Counted from the first letter of the stretch, positions 38,209-53,869 are shown. The stretch: 64,000 nt of DNA from Thalia democratica (GCA_965202585.1 OZ241830.1:67828001-67892000), one strand, 5' to 3'. Notes: generated from the sequence alone by a model not told the origin. Numbers and translations: made by a program.

Positions 38209-41200
38209 TGTTTTTATTTAAGGTTAACGAAACGGAACTTAAAAAGAAATGCTTATTTAAACTAATAATAGTTCTTTTTCGTAACCTTTACAAATATTTT
38301 TTATTGTATGAAGTTTAGTTATTAGTTCAAGTATCTTAAAATAAATAAAAGTAGTTAATCAAAGACATTACTTAAATTTTAACTAACTCATTTCTTTTTT
38401 ATCCTTTCATATTAGCTTTATTTTTAACATCTTAAAACCACTTGGTAAGACTGAAGTTTTAACACGCAGTACTAAGTATTATCCAGCTTATAAAACCAAT
38501 GGTACTCTGCCTTTTATGCATTTAAGTAGTTGTGTGGCACCTTTTGCTTTTTGTATAAAATAACATACTCTAATTATTTTACAACATTAGGGTTTAAATA
38601 ATTTTTCATGAAACTGAAAATTTTAGACGTGTCTCGATAAGTATTTTTTCAAGCTATTTTCACCATAAGGTTGTTACTAAGAAATAACATGGTCAACAAA
38701 AGAAAACATTGTGTTTTCATATTTTTTACAACAGTTGTAAAGAGATAACTTTCCTTTAAACTTAAAATTATCAATATCAATTATTAAGACCGCAAGATAT
38801 GCTTAGGATTAGCGTAATTGAGTTCAAATAAAAATAAAAAACACCATTAAACGGTTATCAATCCATTTAGTAGGTTTCGATATGCTATGGTAAGTTTTTC
38901 GCAAATATTCTATCTAACTTTGAAAAAAAAAAGAATGTGTTAGTGAGAATTATTTATTTGGGTCAAAAACTAAAAATTGTTGGTGACGAATGATAAAAGT
39001 TTCTAAAAAAAGTTGGCAAAAGTGCTACTATTCTAAAAAACTCAATCCACTCAAATGGAAGTTATTTTTTCTAAAATTCTATTTCTTTATGTATGCCTTG
39101 AACAATTATATAAAGTTCATCAACCCTATCAGAGTCCAATCAATTTTCTATAACATCAAAACGAAGCTGTTTTAGTTTGTTTTAGATAAAAATAGACTAA
39201 TAAAATTCATGACTTTTTTTTTGTGATTTTTAAGTCTAAAATGTCGTTTCATTTGGACTGATAAACGAAAAACGCATTAAGCTTAGAAATGATTTTATTG
39301 AAACGATTAAAATAGAGAAAAGTTGTAAATTTTATAAACTAACATTCCTTAGACTCTGAAATCATACTTGTCAAAAAATGTTTTAGGTTTCTTATTGAAA
39401 CAAACAGAACTGCAAGTCTGTTAACAAAATGTTTCTCCGTTGACTAAAAATTGACAGCGTTGGTTTAAAGTTGGTGAACTTTGAAGAAAAACGATATGTT
39501 GCAATGAACACTAGATAGTCTCTATTGCCCGGCAGTTTAAACATACGTTTTACTTCAGAAACAGCTGTCTTAAAAATTTAAATTGCAATATGATTACTAA
39601 TGAAGTATTTTAAGTGTTACTAACTATTACAGACATTTTTTATAACCTTAATATAAAAATAAGTTTGTTATACTAAACAAATCAAATAACAAAAATTTAT
39701 AATTAGAAATTCGACGAAAAAATAATTTAAGAAGTATCTATGTTTTGATAAAGATCACTTTTTATAAAGACTTTTTACACTCAAAGGAGTGACACTAATA
39801 ATTTTTTTTATTAAGCATACTTTTTTAGGACAAAAATTTATCCAATTGTGATTTTTTTTTCTCAATTTATACTGCTAAAAAAGTATATTAACGTTCTTAA
39901 AGCCGTTTTATTAATCATATTTATTAGAGCAGTTTATGGTAAACAGTAGTGACATATTTTAATTTTTTTTCAAAAAATGGAATATTAAGGAGCAATTAAG
40001 ACTATGGTTTTAACTTCTTTCTCTAGAAAAAGTTGATTGATTGCAGAAAATAAATTTATAAATAAATAAATTATGTTTTATGCTGTACTTAATCCTAATA
40101 AATTTAGGACATCGCGCACATATCATCTTTTGCTAAAATAAATGGTAAAGCAGAGATGATTGTAAAGTGATTGGTAATTTTCAAAATTGATGCATTGGAA
40201 AACTTTGACAATGACATGTATTGTTAGTCCAATGACAAATCTGAGAAGTATTTGTAAAAGAAGCGCCACACATAGAATTTTCTAAAAATCAAGATTTGGG
40301 TGAACAGAGCGTCAGGAAGCTAAAATTTACAGGTGTCGACATGTGTTTACTAAAGAAAGAATGACGTTCTTCGTTGGCAAGCTTGAAAAAGGAGAGGATA
40401 AGAAATTTAAGTACTCTTACATTACCACTTTACTGTTAAAACATATGACATACAGATACTTACAATACGGAAACCCACAAAATATATTGTACAATTAGAT
40501 GTCAACGAGAATCAAATAAAAGATATGTCGATTATCAAATTCTACAAAATTTCCACATTCAAGATGTGAAGTTAGCTAGTAAAAAGGGAGACAATTTTTT
40601 TAGCATCTTAACTTTGAAACTACAGGTAACTCAACTTTAAATGGAATGAAAGAAGAACATCTTTTTTTATGGTTCAAAAAGGAAATAATGCGTCTCTTGA
40701 TTACGCTGCCAAACTTAGAACAAGATATGTGAACGATGATGTGTTTGTTAGTTTGATCGAATAATTGAACAACTGACTATGTTAATCTGCTGGTGGTGAA
40801 CATAGTATGCGAAAAGTAATCCAACAATAATTTCTCTTTAAGGTTAAAGTTTTTTATGTATTATTTTCAATTATTTTGTTTATGTTGCTCGTATTTGTTT
40901 TTTTAGTTTAAAAACTTGTTCTAATATAGTTTAGGTTTGTATATATTAATATTTCTTCTATTTTATTTTTTGAAATGTGTTTTTAACCCATATGAAATAT
41001 TTTTCATGTAAATAAGCTACAAGTATGTATAGTTTTACAGCCTACTATAAAGTTGAAAAAATTTCAAGTTGTTACAGACTATTATTTATTAAAAAACTAG
41101 TCTTAAAAATAATCTTTTTTCAGCTTTCATGCAAAAAAAAAGAATTTATTCAAAATTTTTATTATAAGCTATTTTAATGTTATTTATTTCCCAATTCTAG

Positions 41201-43558
41201 GTTTATAAACAACTTTATTCTTAAACACATTATACAGTATCCTAAATTACAGTTAAATGATTTTTTTTTTCCTTTAATTTAATAAATGAGCCCAAGAAAA
41301 AAGAAAAGAAAATGAAAATAAATAATAAAAAGACTTGCTAATATTTTTTTCACAATCATTATATTAGCTCGTTTATCTACATTTCTATCGTAATAAAAAA
41401 TTTAGTCTTTGTTTAAAAAACTTGTATTCATTCTTTTTGTTTGAAATTATCTCCTAATGTTACAGCTTGCAATTTTAGTGTCGAACTGATTTGTTACATT
41501 TATACCAATGTGTTTAACTTGTGTGTGGCTAAATTTTTTAAAATAATTCATGACAAATACTAATTAAAAAAAAAAGTTTCGTTTAACATCTTTGACTCGG
41601 AAAAACTGAAGTGTTAAATAAACATTTTGTTTCATTCTTTTTAGGTAATATGATGTAAAATACCATTAATACCAAGGACTTTAAGTTTTCAATATTTCAT
41701 GTAGTCATGTTGCTTTCAATTTGTAGATATAAGTATTAGTTTTTCAATACAGTTTTCTAACATCGTTTTTAACTTTAAATTTGCTCTAAACAAAGTTCCC
41801 ACTCTCCAGTACTTTTGCAAAACAAATAGTTCAAAATTGTGTTGTGTATCTAAACTAAAGTGATTAAAACTATAAAATTATATAAAATATATACATTGTG
41901 CAACTAAGTAACTACAAAATAAATATACACTAAGCCTTTTCAGTGTTTTTTTAATACAAATTTTAATGATTAAGTTTGTAAAAAAACACCATTTAGTAAA
42001 AATAAATTAAAATAAAGGCAAAGGTTTTTGTTTTACAAAACATTTTTATTCAAGTTAGTGGCTTAACAAAAATAAAAAACTTACTTTAGTTTATGTACAT
42101 TTCAAAAACTTAAACAAAATAGTTTCTTAACTTTTAGTTTTACTTTATATATTTAACTAAAGTTATTTAATCCTTATTTAGCCTTCTTCATATTTGTTTT
42201 ACTAATACTATCTGTGTTCTACACAAAATAGTTTAGTTTTAATACAGGTAATATTATTTCAAAAATGTACTTTCTAAAATTATAGTAGCAAAATAAGATA
42301 TACTATATTTTAAAACTTAGAGGTATTTAAAAAAACATTTTATACTTTTATTTAGCTAGTTGTTAATTATTGCTAATAAAAACTATGGTTGAAACGTTAT
42401 TGGACTAGTATCGGAACTTTTTCAACTAAACTGTAATAAAAAAAAAGCATTTTAATTAGTATTTTTAAAGAAAGAGAATTATTAAAATTAATAATATTAT
42501 AAAATTAATTAGAAATAAACAATACAACTTTGTTTTGATAAAAAGATTAAAAATAAGCATTAAAAACTTAGACTTTACAAACATTTGTTTGATTATAAAA
42601 GTAATATAAATTAATTTTAAAAACTTAGTATATTGTCATTAAATAAAAGCTTAATCTTAAGCCATGATAAATTATTTCAGAAAGCTATAAATATAGAGTT
42701 TTTCTAATTTTTATAAGAAAATAAAAACGTTTTAAGATCATTCAGTTTATATTCCTAGTCAGTATAAAATGTTTAAAAGCTCTAGAAAGAAGTTCTTGTA
42801 AAAATTTTACGAGTAAATTTTCGAAATAAGTAAAAAATAATTGTCATGGTTTCTCTCCATCTTTTACTCGCATATTTTGTACTTTAGTAATAGTCATAAA
42901 TAAATTTGTTTGAATCAATTTTTTGTAAGTGTTTTGTATTTATGTTTTTCTTAATACTTTTATAGCCCAAAGGTTGTTCTCTATAGTACCAACTCTTTAA
43001 CAAAACGTAAAATTTCAAGTTAGATTAATTTCTGTTTTTTTATTAAGGTGACATAATTTAAATTCTAAAGAATAAGCCTAAAATAAAAGTATACAACATT
43101 TATGTAAATATAAAAATAATAAATAATATCTTTTTTACCAAAAGTTAAAACAAGTTTTATTTGAAACCTGTCCTGAATTCAAACAAAATATGATTTAAAA
43201 ATGAACAGCTTTGTTCATGTTATAAATATTTAATACAAATTCTTAAGCTTAGTAAACTTAGTTTTAGTTTTAAGTATAACAGATGGGAAGTACCTCTTTA
43301 GAAAATAGCCCAAAACAATTTGACTTTCATAGTTGTAATTTTATTTTAACATTTTTACACCAAACTCATACTACTTCAGACTACTTTTAAAGATTAAAGT
43401 AAAGTCTTCAAATTCAGTGACTTTATAATTAAATTTACACTTTTAATTACCTTACAATTGACTTTAGAGCTTCATGTAAACATTAGAGCAAATAAACTTG
43501 TTAAAAGTGGAAATTGTTACTGATAATAACTTGAAATAAACTAGTAAGTTTCAACTAG

Positions 43559-44102
43559 AGGAATTTCGTATATACTAAGTTATTGGCAACCTTACGAGGA
43601 AGAAAAAAACGATAAAAGAAACGATTTAATGTTGTTCCATAGCACGTACAAAAATTGAGCGACAAGAATATTAAAAGAAGATTTGAGAAACTCGAAAAGC
43701 GGGTTATTTGGCAAGGTAGTCTACATGACCGAGTGTCCTGACACATCCTTCGTATAAGCTTCAACTTTCTTAGGTGTTGTTGACAGCTTCAACAGTAAGT
43801 ATTTTAACTACGTACTTGTCAACTAGGTTTTGGGATCCGAAAGCTGCAAAACTTTACTTACGATACCTCTGAACTCGATATAGATGGTGACAACACTGCT
43901 GAAAGCATGCATCCATTTGAAAAACATTTAAAACTTTATAGTCTATAGCCAATTTAAGAGGACTACAAAAAGACCTTCATGGAAGAAATACTAAAATAAG
44001 AAGACAGATGCGTTGAATCATTATGATGAGATTGTCGCAGTCGAAAAAATAACCATACCAAAATATTTGATTGCGTTCGAAACTGTAGAAAAGAAATATT
44101 AA
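43559..44102 (+). pseudogene. PARP-like ADP-ribosyltransferase catalytic domain pseudogene, copy 2
   Basis: Hand translation gives NDLMLFHST (His 43638-43640), SGLFGKVVYMTECP (Tyr 43722-43724), and NHYDEIVAVEKITIPKYLIAFE (Glu 44028-44030). There are multiple stops. Confidence 0.82.
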
Positions 44103-44876
44103 GTTTGAAACTTGAGAAATTTATTATATTGACCTGCTTGAATAAAAGAGTATTTAATTTTATTTTTAAAGAGTCATTAAAAAATTTTTACAAATAAGAA
44201 TAAAAATAAATGAAAGATCTAAATTATGCCAACTGTTTTGACAATTTGTTGTTTTCTTACAAACAGATTGTAAAATGTAACTATAAGAGATGTTTTAGCT
44301 ATCTTTTTATTCTGTAGTTTTTTTGCTTGAGAAACTGTTTCAAAAATTAAAGTTATGCCTAATTAAAAAAATTGTTAATTAAAATTTTAAGCAGGATTTT
44401 TCATTTTCCTAGTTATAACTCAGTACAAAAAGTTTTCGTAAATATACTTTCTAACGTTCTAGTAGTAACTTTTTATGTTTTGATTAATTTTGAACTAGCT
44501 GGAAATCTCTATAAATATTTTTAAGAATAAACTTATGATTTTGAACATATGTACATCATGAACAATGTACTTTTTATGTCAGAATTATCTTTGTTTGTTA
44601 AACAGTTGAACATTTTGTTCATAGAAACCCTAAGTAAATTGTTGAAAAAATATGCTGAATAATGTCAAAAAAATCAAAAATATTTAAGGAAAGCTGTTAA
44701 TTTTAAAAAATTATATATATATAAATAAGGTTTTTAAATGATCTAAAACTAGGTGGTTATTAAGTATTAAAATCTTAGGAATTAAAAAAATAAAAATTGC
44801 TTAAATAAAATAGCAAAGTGAAGAAAAGCTGTGTACTTGCTCAACTCTTTTAAAAATCATCTTTTCAATGCCATTA

Positions 44877-45650
44877 AAGCGCGCTTCTGATTGCCTTTTC
44901 AACCTTCCATCTTAGAGCAAAGCGAAATATTAAGGCTATTACAAAAGATTAACTTCTTTTGCTGATAATGCTACATTGGTTGCTTACTCTGCCCAAGACC
45001 TGCCTACATTACTAAATCAGTTTTCATCAGCATGTTTAGATTTTTGCCCACAATTAATCTTAGAAATTAATATTCGTATTTATGAAGCATTAAAATTTTT
45101 CTCTCGTTTGACTACAAAGGTTTATGACAACTTTAATTTAAGTATTCGCATAAAGGCTAACGTTTATTGTTTCTTTTTATGCATTAGTCTGATATAAGTT
45201 AGCGAGACGTTGTGTAGCGTGCAGGAGATAGAAATCAATACTTTTTACCTACAACGCCTCCGTTGCGTTTTTAGAATTTCATAGCAACAAAAGATCACTA
45301 ACGAGGAAGCGTTGAGAAAAATTGGTACCAAAATGTACTGAACCATGGTTAACAGGGCTTCTATGGAAAGGTCATGTTCTAATGTTCAGTGAAGAGCGAA
45401 TCCCAGAGTATTTGTTGTATAGCGAGCAAGTCGTTAGCAAACGTGACCGATTTCCCCCAATATAATTTTTTAATGAAGTATGCAAGCTGATCTAAAAAGC
45501 TTGAAAATAAGAAATGATGAGTGGAAATAGATTGGAAAAGTCCTCGTCAAATGAGGATCTTATATAAACAAAAGACTTAAAAGGAGGAAAAAGCTTAAAA
45601 AAGTTTAACAAGCCAGAGCAAACGATGAAACGATGAAAAGAACCAAACCG
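44877..45650 (+). mobile_element. 5'-truncated, decayed RTE-clade LINE (RT C-terminal region), copy 2
   Basis: LFNL..LRAK, then FADNATLVAYSAQDLPTLLNQFSSACLDF (FADN 44958-44969, cf. the RT FADD motif), FSRLTTKVYDNFNLSIRIKANVY, INTFYLQRLRCVFRIS*QQKITNEEAL and LLWKGHVLMFSEERIPEYLLY. This is the order seen in RTE/BovB-type ORFs as I recall them. Confidence 0.85.
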
Positions 45651-48600
45651 GTATTTATTTTGTTTATTTACAATATATTGCCTCCTTTTACTTTTAAGTT
45701 TATTTACTGCAGTGTATAATTTTTTACGAACAATACGCACAGCTGACTTCTGGTGGTAGCGGACTTTTCACCACATATGTTGAAGTATGCAATTCTTCAT
45801 GTTTTTAAACAGATAATTTATAACTGATTCATAAAGAAACTTTATTTCTTAATATATCTAATTTTCAAACTTTATCGTAGTAATTTTTACTCGATTAAGT
45901 GGTTGTTAAACTGGAGTCCCCGATCATGAAAATATATGGCCTGCTAGATTAGTTTATTGCATTTAAGTCTTAAATTAATTTAATTAATTTTTCTTTCTAT
46001 TTTGTTGCAATAGGTTGAAGTAGTTTTTATTACTTTGCTAAATGATGAAAAAAACGTTGTATTTCTTAAATAATGTCCTGCACAAGACGTTAAAAAGTAT
46101 CCGTGGTGTACGATCGATGATTATTAGGTTCTTTGTGAATCAGGTCCTAAGACCGAATATTTTTTGCGCTTTTTTGTCGTTCAATAAACAATAATAATAA
46201 TAAGTTAAGTAAGAAGTTATAAAAAGGTATTGTTGTATTTAGCTAAAAAGAGTTAAAGATGGTTAAGAAAAAGTCATGTTTTGACTACAATTGTAGACTA
46301 AGAATATTTTTATGTTTAAAACTGTCTCGTGACTACCAAACTCCTGCTGATCTGGATTTAATTTCTGGAAAAATGTCTTAGTAGTACTTTGACATATTTT
46401 TCATTAAAATCGTTCATATAAGGGGAATTTACAAAAATTTAGCATTTTTCGAAATTTTAAATTAGTAGTGCTCTGATAGTAGTGATTAAATGTTTTCTAA
46501 ACAATTTTGTCATCTTAATTGGGTGAACAATGGTAAAGCTAATTAAAATAACTAGGACAATATTAATTGCTTCAATTGTTAACAAAGTCTTGTAAAACTG
46601 AATGTAATAAATGTTACTTGATTCAATATTTTCTAGAAAGACAAATAACAAACATTTTTAGTCACAAATAAGGTCAATGAATTCATGTGAATAAAAACCC
46701 TTTGGTCAACGAGCTACTCACAATTTTGCTTGTTAACACTGTTTCGAGATATTTTAATTAATTAGTAACAAAGTAAAAGAAAAAATAAAAACCATGTATT
46801 TTTATGAACTAACAAACTTAAATTCATATGATCCATACACTAATGTCAATAATGTTTGAAATAATATTTGTTGTGTTATTTAATTATTCATTTTTCTTAA
46901 GGTAATAAACATCAGGTTCTACCATATACTGTTTTTTTTTCATTTGACCAAGTAAGACTGAACAAAGCACTCTAACACTTCTTTGTAAAAATGGTTCAAA
47001 TTTTAGTTAATTGTACATTCTTGAACTGATTGTTTTTTATTGTCCTAACTAATGTTTTAAAATTTTAACAAATATCTGAAAAAGACACTATAAATTTTTT
47101 TTTAATGGTAAATTATCAGTGAAGTAACAGTCAAACTTTTTGCAATAATAAGCATATTCTGGGCAATAGTGAATGTGTTTCGTAATATGTAATTTTACCT
47201 GCCACATTAGTATGTTATTTTTAATTATCTTAAAATAAAACATAAAACAATGTTTTAGTTTCCTTGGTGACAATGCTTTTTGAGAATTTTCGCAAGACTA
47301 AAATCTTAACACCAAAAACCATAAAGTGTGTGAAAATCATGAAGCTTAAATCTCCAGACAAGTGATCACTAGCACTACATCAAAAAATAACACTCCAACA
47401 AAACTCCAAATTTTGCCTTTTTAAGAATAGGCCATCACCCAAATAATTCTAACAAAAACCATTCTTTTGTTTTATTTATTATTTAACATAAACAATTTTT
47501 TATTATAAAACAAGTTCAAATTTGGCAGAATTGTTTTTTGTACAGCCTTGAACCCATTTGTTGTCATTGTTCTAACTGTTTAAATAAAGTTTTACAATTG
47601 TCTGAACTTCAACTTTTTAAACATCATGTTTGTCCATCTGGTTTTGGCCCGTGGAAAAACAACTGGCACCACACCATCTTCTCTCTTGGACATCAACTTA
47701 TAGGATTATTTGTGTTTAACTTTTTTTGCCCTTTCTACAATGTTATTTATGTAAATGTTCTTAAAAATAAAAAAATGTTCAAACTAGTTTTGTACTTGTT
47801 TAGTGTTTTTATTGATTTAATTCAGTCTTAATCAATAAACCTCACACTGGGTGTTAATACTTATTTAAGCATAGATGAATTTAAATCACAACTATTAATA
47901 TACAAAGTAAAAATAAGCATAATAAAATTAACAAAAATTACAAAGAAAAGTTTAAAGTTAAAGAAAAAACTCTATGAGTTGAACTTTTAAAGGTTTAAAA
48001 GCTTCACACAACATTATTATATACAATCAACTAAGTAAAATAAAACTTTAGTGATTATATTGGACTTATTAGTTCAAAAAAATACTTAATCAAAAATAAT
48101 TTACATAAATAATTTATAATGGGAACTAAGAGCATCTTAGTAAAAAGTTTCCCAGAAAAAAATGCTCCTTTAAAACTTTTAACTTTTATCACGTCACAAT
48201 TAAAGTTTTATTTGAAATCTATATCAGCTAGGCAAAAACGAGCATTTTTTGTTTAAAAACTAATCTTTCAGTGTTATAAGTTCAACATTCGTTATTCAAA
48301 GTTTATCAAATAACCAAAACAAAGTCAATAAAGTTTTTAATATTCTAAGAATCTTTTTCCTTTTTTTTTTCAGGTGGTTCTTAGGAAACAGCAAACCAGT
48401 TAAAACACGCCCCTGGTTTACAGGCTAAGTCGTGACATTTATATATTTTTTAACATTTTAACTACTCAATTTGTTTGAATTTTTTGTGAAAAAATGTAGC
48501 TAAATTTGATATTTTACAAGCCTTTTCTAGTTTTATTGGTCTGTTTTCTAAATAAAAAAATTTATTGGAACATTTCTTTTTTGTTTATTTAGATTTTAAG

Positions 48601-48949
48601 ATTTAAGATTTTTTAACATTATTTATTAGTTTTTTTGCACTTACAACATTGCCAAAAAAAAAAAACTATGGTGGAAATTCAGTTTTCAACTAAAGGAAAT
48701 TTTATTAAAGTAATTTAAAAGATAACTAAAAAACTAATAACTTATATTAAGTTATTTTAATTATTTATTATCAAAAATTAATTAGGAGTTTTCACAAGAA
48801 ATATTGTGAAAATGAAGCTCTATTACAGAGTTCATGTTTAATGGATGAGTTTATGTTAATGTTGATGAGTTTGTAAGTAAGTTAAAATGACTTTATTGAA
48901 CAGCATTGTATATTAGCTATTTTATTACATAAATACATTGAATAATATA

Positions 48950-51612
48950 TTGTAACAGGATATCAAACTGCGTTTGGTATTTTTTTATTTTAATGGAAAG
49001 TATTGAGAACTCTCTTGCTCATCCATGCGTTTGAGAGAAAGCTCGTAAGGTCACGTGTTTTACTGATGCAATTATGCATTTGCATACTACAGCCATATAT
49101 AAATACTCAACAAGTGAAAGAGATTTCATTCAAGCCAGGCCTTGCTGCAGTAAACATGTAATTCTAGTTAGACAAATGTGTTGTTTTATGAAAATTTTTA
49201 TGTTTAAGAAGGATTTTTTCTCATAAGTATTTTTATAGTTTTAAGTTCAAGCAGTTAAATTTTTTTTAATTTAAACATTCTCAAAATATACCTTATTTAG
49301 ATGTAAATTGTGTTTAAAAGTTTTAATAAAATAATATCTTAAGCATATTGTTTTGAAATTTTACATGGTTCTTTGTAATTGTTAATGTTTGCATTTGTTC
49401 TTTGATATAAAATATTTTCATTTATGACGTGCCTTGTTTTATATAGAGTAGCTCTACCCCTAAGTACTATCTAATATTAGTATATATTAGTATAGAGTAG
49501 TTGGGTTAATGTTATTTATTTATTAGGGTTAATACTATTGACTTGTAACATACTATAACAATAAGTTTATTGATAAAATAAAGCACATTATCTGTAAGTA
49601 ACAATATACATTTTATTACTTTATTATCTTTCAACTTACAAATCAAAATATCTAGAATTAAAGAAATAATAAATATAGGACAATATTATATATACTTATG
49701 TTTCATAACAAATACTCACTATACTTACCAGTTGAATTTTTTACCTTGATAGTGTTTATAACTGAACATATTTTTTGTAATGTGCAGGACGTAAGTTTAA
49801 TGTATGTGTCTTAAACACTAAAAACCTTAAATAAAATTCAATTTGAATTATTTTTTATTTCAAACAAAATACTCAACGCCAGCTTTAATTTTTTGGTTTA
49901 AATCATAAATTATTTTTTTTACACTGACTTATTTTCTTAAATCACAAGAAAACAAAAGTTTAATCCTATAGGTTTTATAGAAATATTTTTTTTCAAGATT
50001 ATAAAAAACTTAAACTATAATAACTTACTAAGATCACTTTTTTAGTTAGTTTAGATTAATAATTTATTAATCACACATTTTGGCTTAAATACCCTTTTTT
50101 TATAGTACTAACTAGTAATAATTTTATTACCATCTACGAACTGAAGAAAAATATAATTTTTATAATATGAAATTGTGCTAAAATTTTTGTTTGAAAATAG
50201 CTATTGAATAGTTTTATACTCTCGTTATAAATTTATTTTGAGCATATCTAATTTTTACTATTTACAAATATTAGAGAAATTTATTTTAACATATAAGCGA
50301 TTAAAATTTAAAAGTTTGAAAAGTTTTTTTTTCAAGACAAAAATTTTCACTAAAATTATATCTCATCTTACACTTATTTACACGTTTTAGGGGGGTGATT
50401 AGACTGATTTCTTGAAGCCGGTGCGACCCCTAAATAAAAGGAAAACATTGTTTAACCAGAATCTTTAAAATTGTTTATTTTGTTGTATTAGTTTTTACTT
50501 AATTTTTGAATAATGAATGCTGATTTACATTTCGAAAGTATTAAGAGTCATTTGTTTCTGTGTAAACTAGCTGGCCCTAAACATCAGCTGAGAGAATTTT
50601 AGAGTTTCAAACACATTGTGATGACACAGAGCATCAAAAATTTATAGGATTCTTAACGTGTGCAAAACTTGTACGAATTTGCATAAAGTTTTCAACTTAA
50701 AATGCTACCATTAATAAATCAAGATTATGCTTAGTTTTTGAACTAAATACTACAAGTATTAGCTAAGTATTTATGTATTATATAGCAATTACTGACAATG
50801 ATAAATTAAATTAACTTCTGGCACGCATTTTCATACAAATATTCAATTTTACATTTTCAAAGTTTTGGTTTTTATAGTTTACCAAAAACTAACCATGTCA
50901 TTTTAGACACTAAACGTCGAAATTAAAATAATGACATTTTATCATTGAATTAGATTTAAATAAAAATATGTTATGTTGCTTTTTCTTTAAAAAAGACTTT
51001 GTAACCTATGGATGTAGGTACCTTAAATACACACTTAATCTATACTAAATATTTATACTAATAATACTTGGGGCTACTCTTTATAAAACTAGGCATGACA
51101 ATAAATGAACATGTTGCATTAAAGAACAATTGCGAAAACTAATAAGAATATAAATAACATCATACTTTAGAAACTACTTTAAATGTATTCAAAACTTTAC
51201 ACACGAATCAATCTAACAGGATTATACTTTAACAATGTATGAAACAAAATAAGATTCAACTACTTAGGACATTTAATATAAAAGTAACATTGTTAATCAA
51301 TTACTTTAAATAACACAAGAAAACAATATAAGTGTCTATTCATCATTTTTACTGCAGCAGGCTGTGGCTAGGACCCCTACTATTTTCTGTTGCTGGTTTA
51401 TATAGAAGCGTTCTTAGCTTTATGCAACATCACATCAGTAATTTATTGTCTTAACTTTATTTTCTCCTTGTGTTAATTGTTTTAAACTTGCACTAGTATA
51501 AAACTTGACCTTTCAAGCTTTTATTTAACGGCTTGAATGAACAATGATACTAGCTCAAAACTTTCCATCAAATCTAAACAGTAACCAAGTGCAATCAAGT
51601 ATCCTGTTACAA
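48950..51612. repeat. Nested inverted duplication, unit copy 3
   Basis: ttgtaacag at 48950-48958 and tatcctgttacaa at 51600-51612 are the outer anchors. The motif gcct(t)gctgcagtaaa is present on both arms. Confidence 0.78.
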
Positions 51613-52555
51613 CTTATAATACTAAATTCTAAATAATTTGTATTTTTTAGGTAATTTCTAAGTTTTATTTCTAAAATTTGTCAAAAGAAAATACTTAAGT
51701 TTTAATTGAACTTATTGATAGAAATTGATTTTATTTGTAAAGGTAGTTTAGATTCAAGTTTTTGAAATAAAATAAAAACATTAAAATATTTTCAAGTATT
51801 TATTGTTGTTTTTCAAAAAAAAATTTACAGGTTAAACATTTTTCCGTTCAAAATAGGTGATTCTAATAAATGGTTCAACCGAATTACTTCTAAGTTTAAT
51901 AAATAGTATGTTAAGCTTTTTGTGAAACTAAACCTTATACTTGTTTTTCTAGATTACTACTGTTATCATATTTTCTTTATGTTAACTGTCATGGTCAAAG
52001 CGGAAACTTCTATTTTTCTAAGTACAATGTACACAATTAATAATAAATCAACATAAGACTATTTACCAACTTATTTTACTGAAAATTCATCTGGTAGTAC
52101 TTTAGTTTATACCTAGATGGTTTCTACTTCTTGTACAGGTTATTGTTTTCAAAATAGAATTTTCAGTGAAACCATGAACAAACATTATCAAGTGAAAAAA
52201 TGAACAAATCTGTATTACAGATTAGCAAGGATATAAAGATTTAATAACAGCTAGTTTGAAAGTATAAGCTGGTTGATAGCTATTGAATATTGCTAAAAAA
52301 TATATACAAGAATGAACAATCATACTAGTTTAGTATTAACTTTTATAAATACATATATTTAATTTTGCTAAATAAAACAAATGCTATTATAACTTAATAT
52401 ATATTTACTTCTTTTTCTAAAGTGTTTTGTTTAACGCTGTTGTAGTAAATACTCTACGTTATAAAAAAAACTAATTTCTTAAAAATGCAGAAAGTAAACT
52501 ATAATTTAATATTTATCGGTAAGATAATAAAATAAATTTGTCATCACAAGAAAGC

Positions 52556-53869
52556 ATGCTTAAAAAATTTTATCAAAAAGATGTCTGTGCAAACTATCCT
52601 GAAGAAGTTAGTACGAAGCTCCCAAGTTGTCCACAAATTCGTAAAAATTACAAAGTTGATGAGTTTTGCAAGATTTGCAAAGAGAATGCTCAAGGAAGTT
52701 TGATGACAACAAAATTAAATGGAATTTCATACTCAGGTATTTGAAATGATTGTGTATATTATTTTTTTCTTTTTTGGAAGCTCAGTCTAACCTCTAAATT
52801 AAATTTCATTCTTGACGTTATTAATTTGTTTTAAACGTTAAATTTAATGTACAAGTGTCAAATATTTATTTTTTTTTAAAGTTTGATGTTGAAAAAAATA
52901 TTAAACGTTTTTAAAAAAAAGTTAAACAAGTTAAAAGAATTATAGAAATTCTGTAAGTATTTATACAAAAACTAAAAGTATAAACTACTTGTAAAAGCAT
53001 TTTTTTCATAACAATTTGAAAGGCTTTACATTTGTATTTTATAACTAACTTTACTGCTCATAAAAATGTTTGTGCAAACGTATACACTTGAATAAATAAA
53101 CTGTTTAAAGGAATTTTCTAGTGTTGTAATTGCTTTTTTTTATCTAATAACATTAAATATATTAACTTTTAAAAAAGGTCAGAAAATAGAGATGAAACAA
53201 GTTAAAAATTTAATACAAGCTTAGTTGTTAAAAACTATTGTTTGATTACTTTTACAAAAAATATATAAAAAAAAACTCATAATTACAATGACTTAATCTA
53301 ATAAGACTTTGTTTAAATTATTTCTTAATTGTTCTACTTTGAACTAAATTTTTCAGTTACAATTAATTTTTTTTTAAATGTTTTATATTAGAATGGTCAC
53401 AGCTTTCTTCAGCAGAATTTTCTTTATAGGTAAACGCGAGTTTAAAAACGACGATTATCTCAAAGTTATAAATCAGAACAAGCTTTCACTGAACGAGAAC
53501 ACAAATACGAGTTTGAAGAAACATATTGAAATCAAACTAACAACCAAAAATTTGCTGCTTATTTTAAGATAAGCGAAATCTACAAGCTATTTGCAGTTAG
53601 ATTACCACAGCTTGGCGAAAGTGGTGCGCAGTTCTAATGTAAACGCCACCTCGGAACTCGAAGTGTTCTAGGCAGCCACAACTTAATTGAGTAAAAATTT
53701 CAAAAAACGAAGCAAGTTTGCGAAAAGTCTGATGCTTAAAATTCGTTTTGGCGTGCTGTCGGATCAAAGCTCAAAACGCATTTTGTCTAAAACACCAAAG
53801 TTAGCTGGAACGATCGGAGAAATATTAAAAGACGACTTTCTCAAAGAATTACTCAGTTTATTTAGATAA
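52556..53869 (+). pseudogene. BACK-domain pseudogene, copy 3 (exons 52556-52736 and 53430-53869)
   Basis: Same structure as copies 1 and 2. It lacks their +1 T (reads KSLMLKIRF in frame) but shares the upstream frameshift and the internal deletion. Confidence 0.85.
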
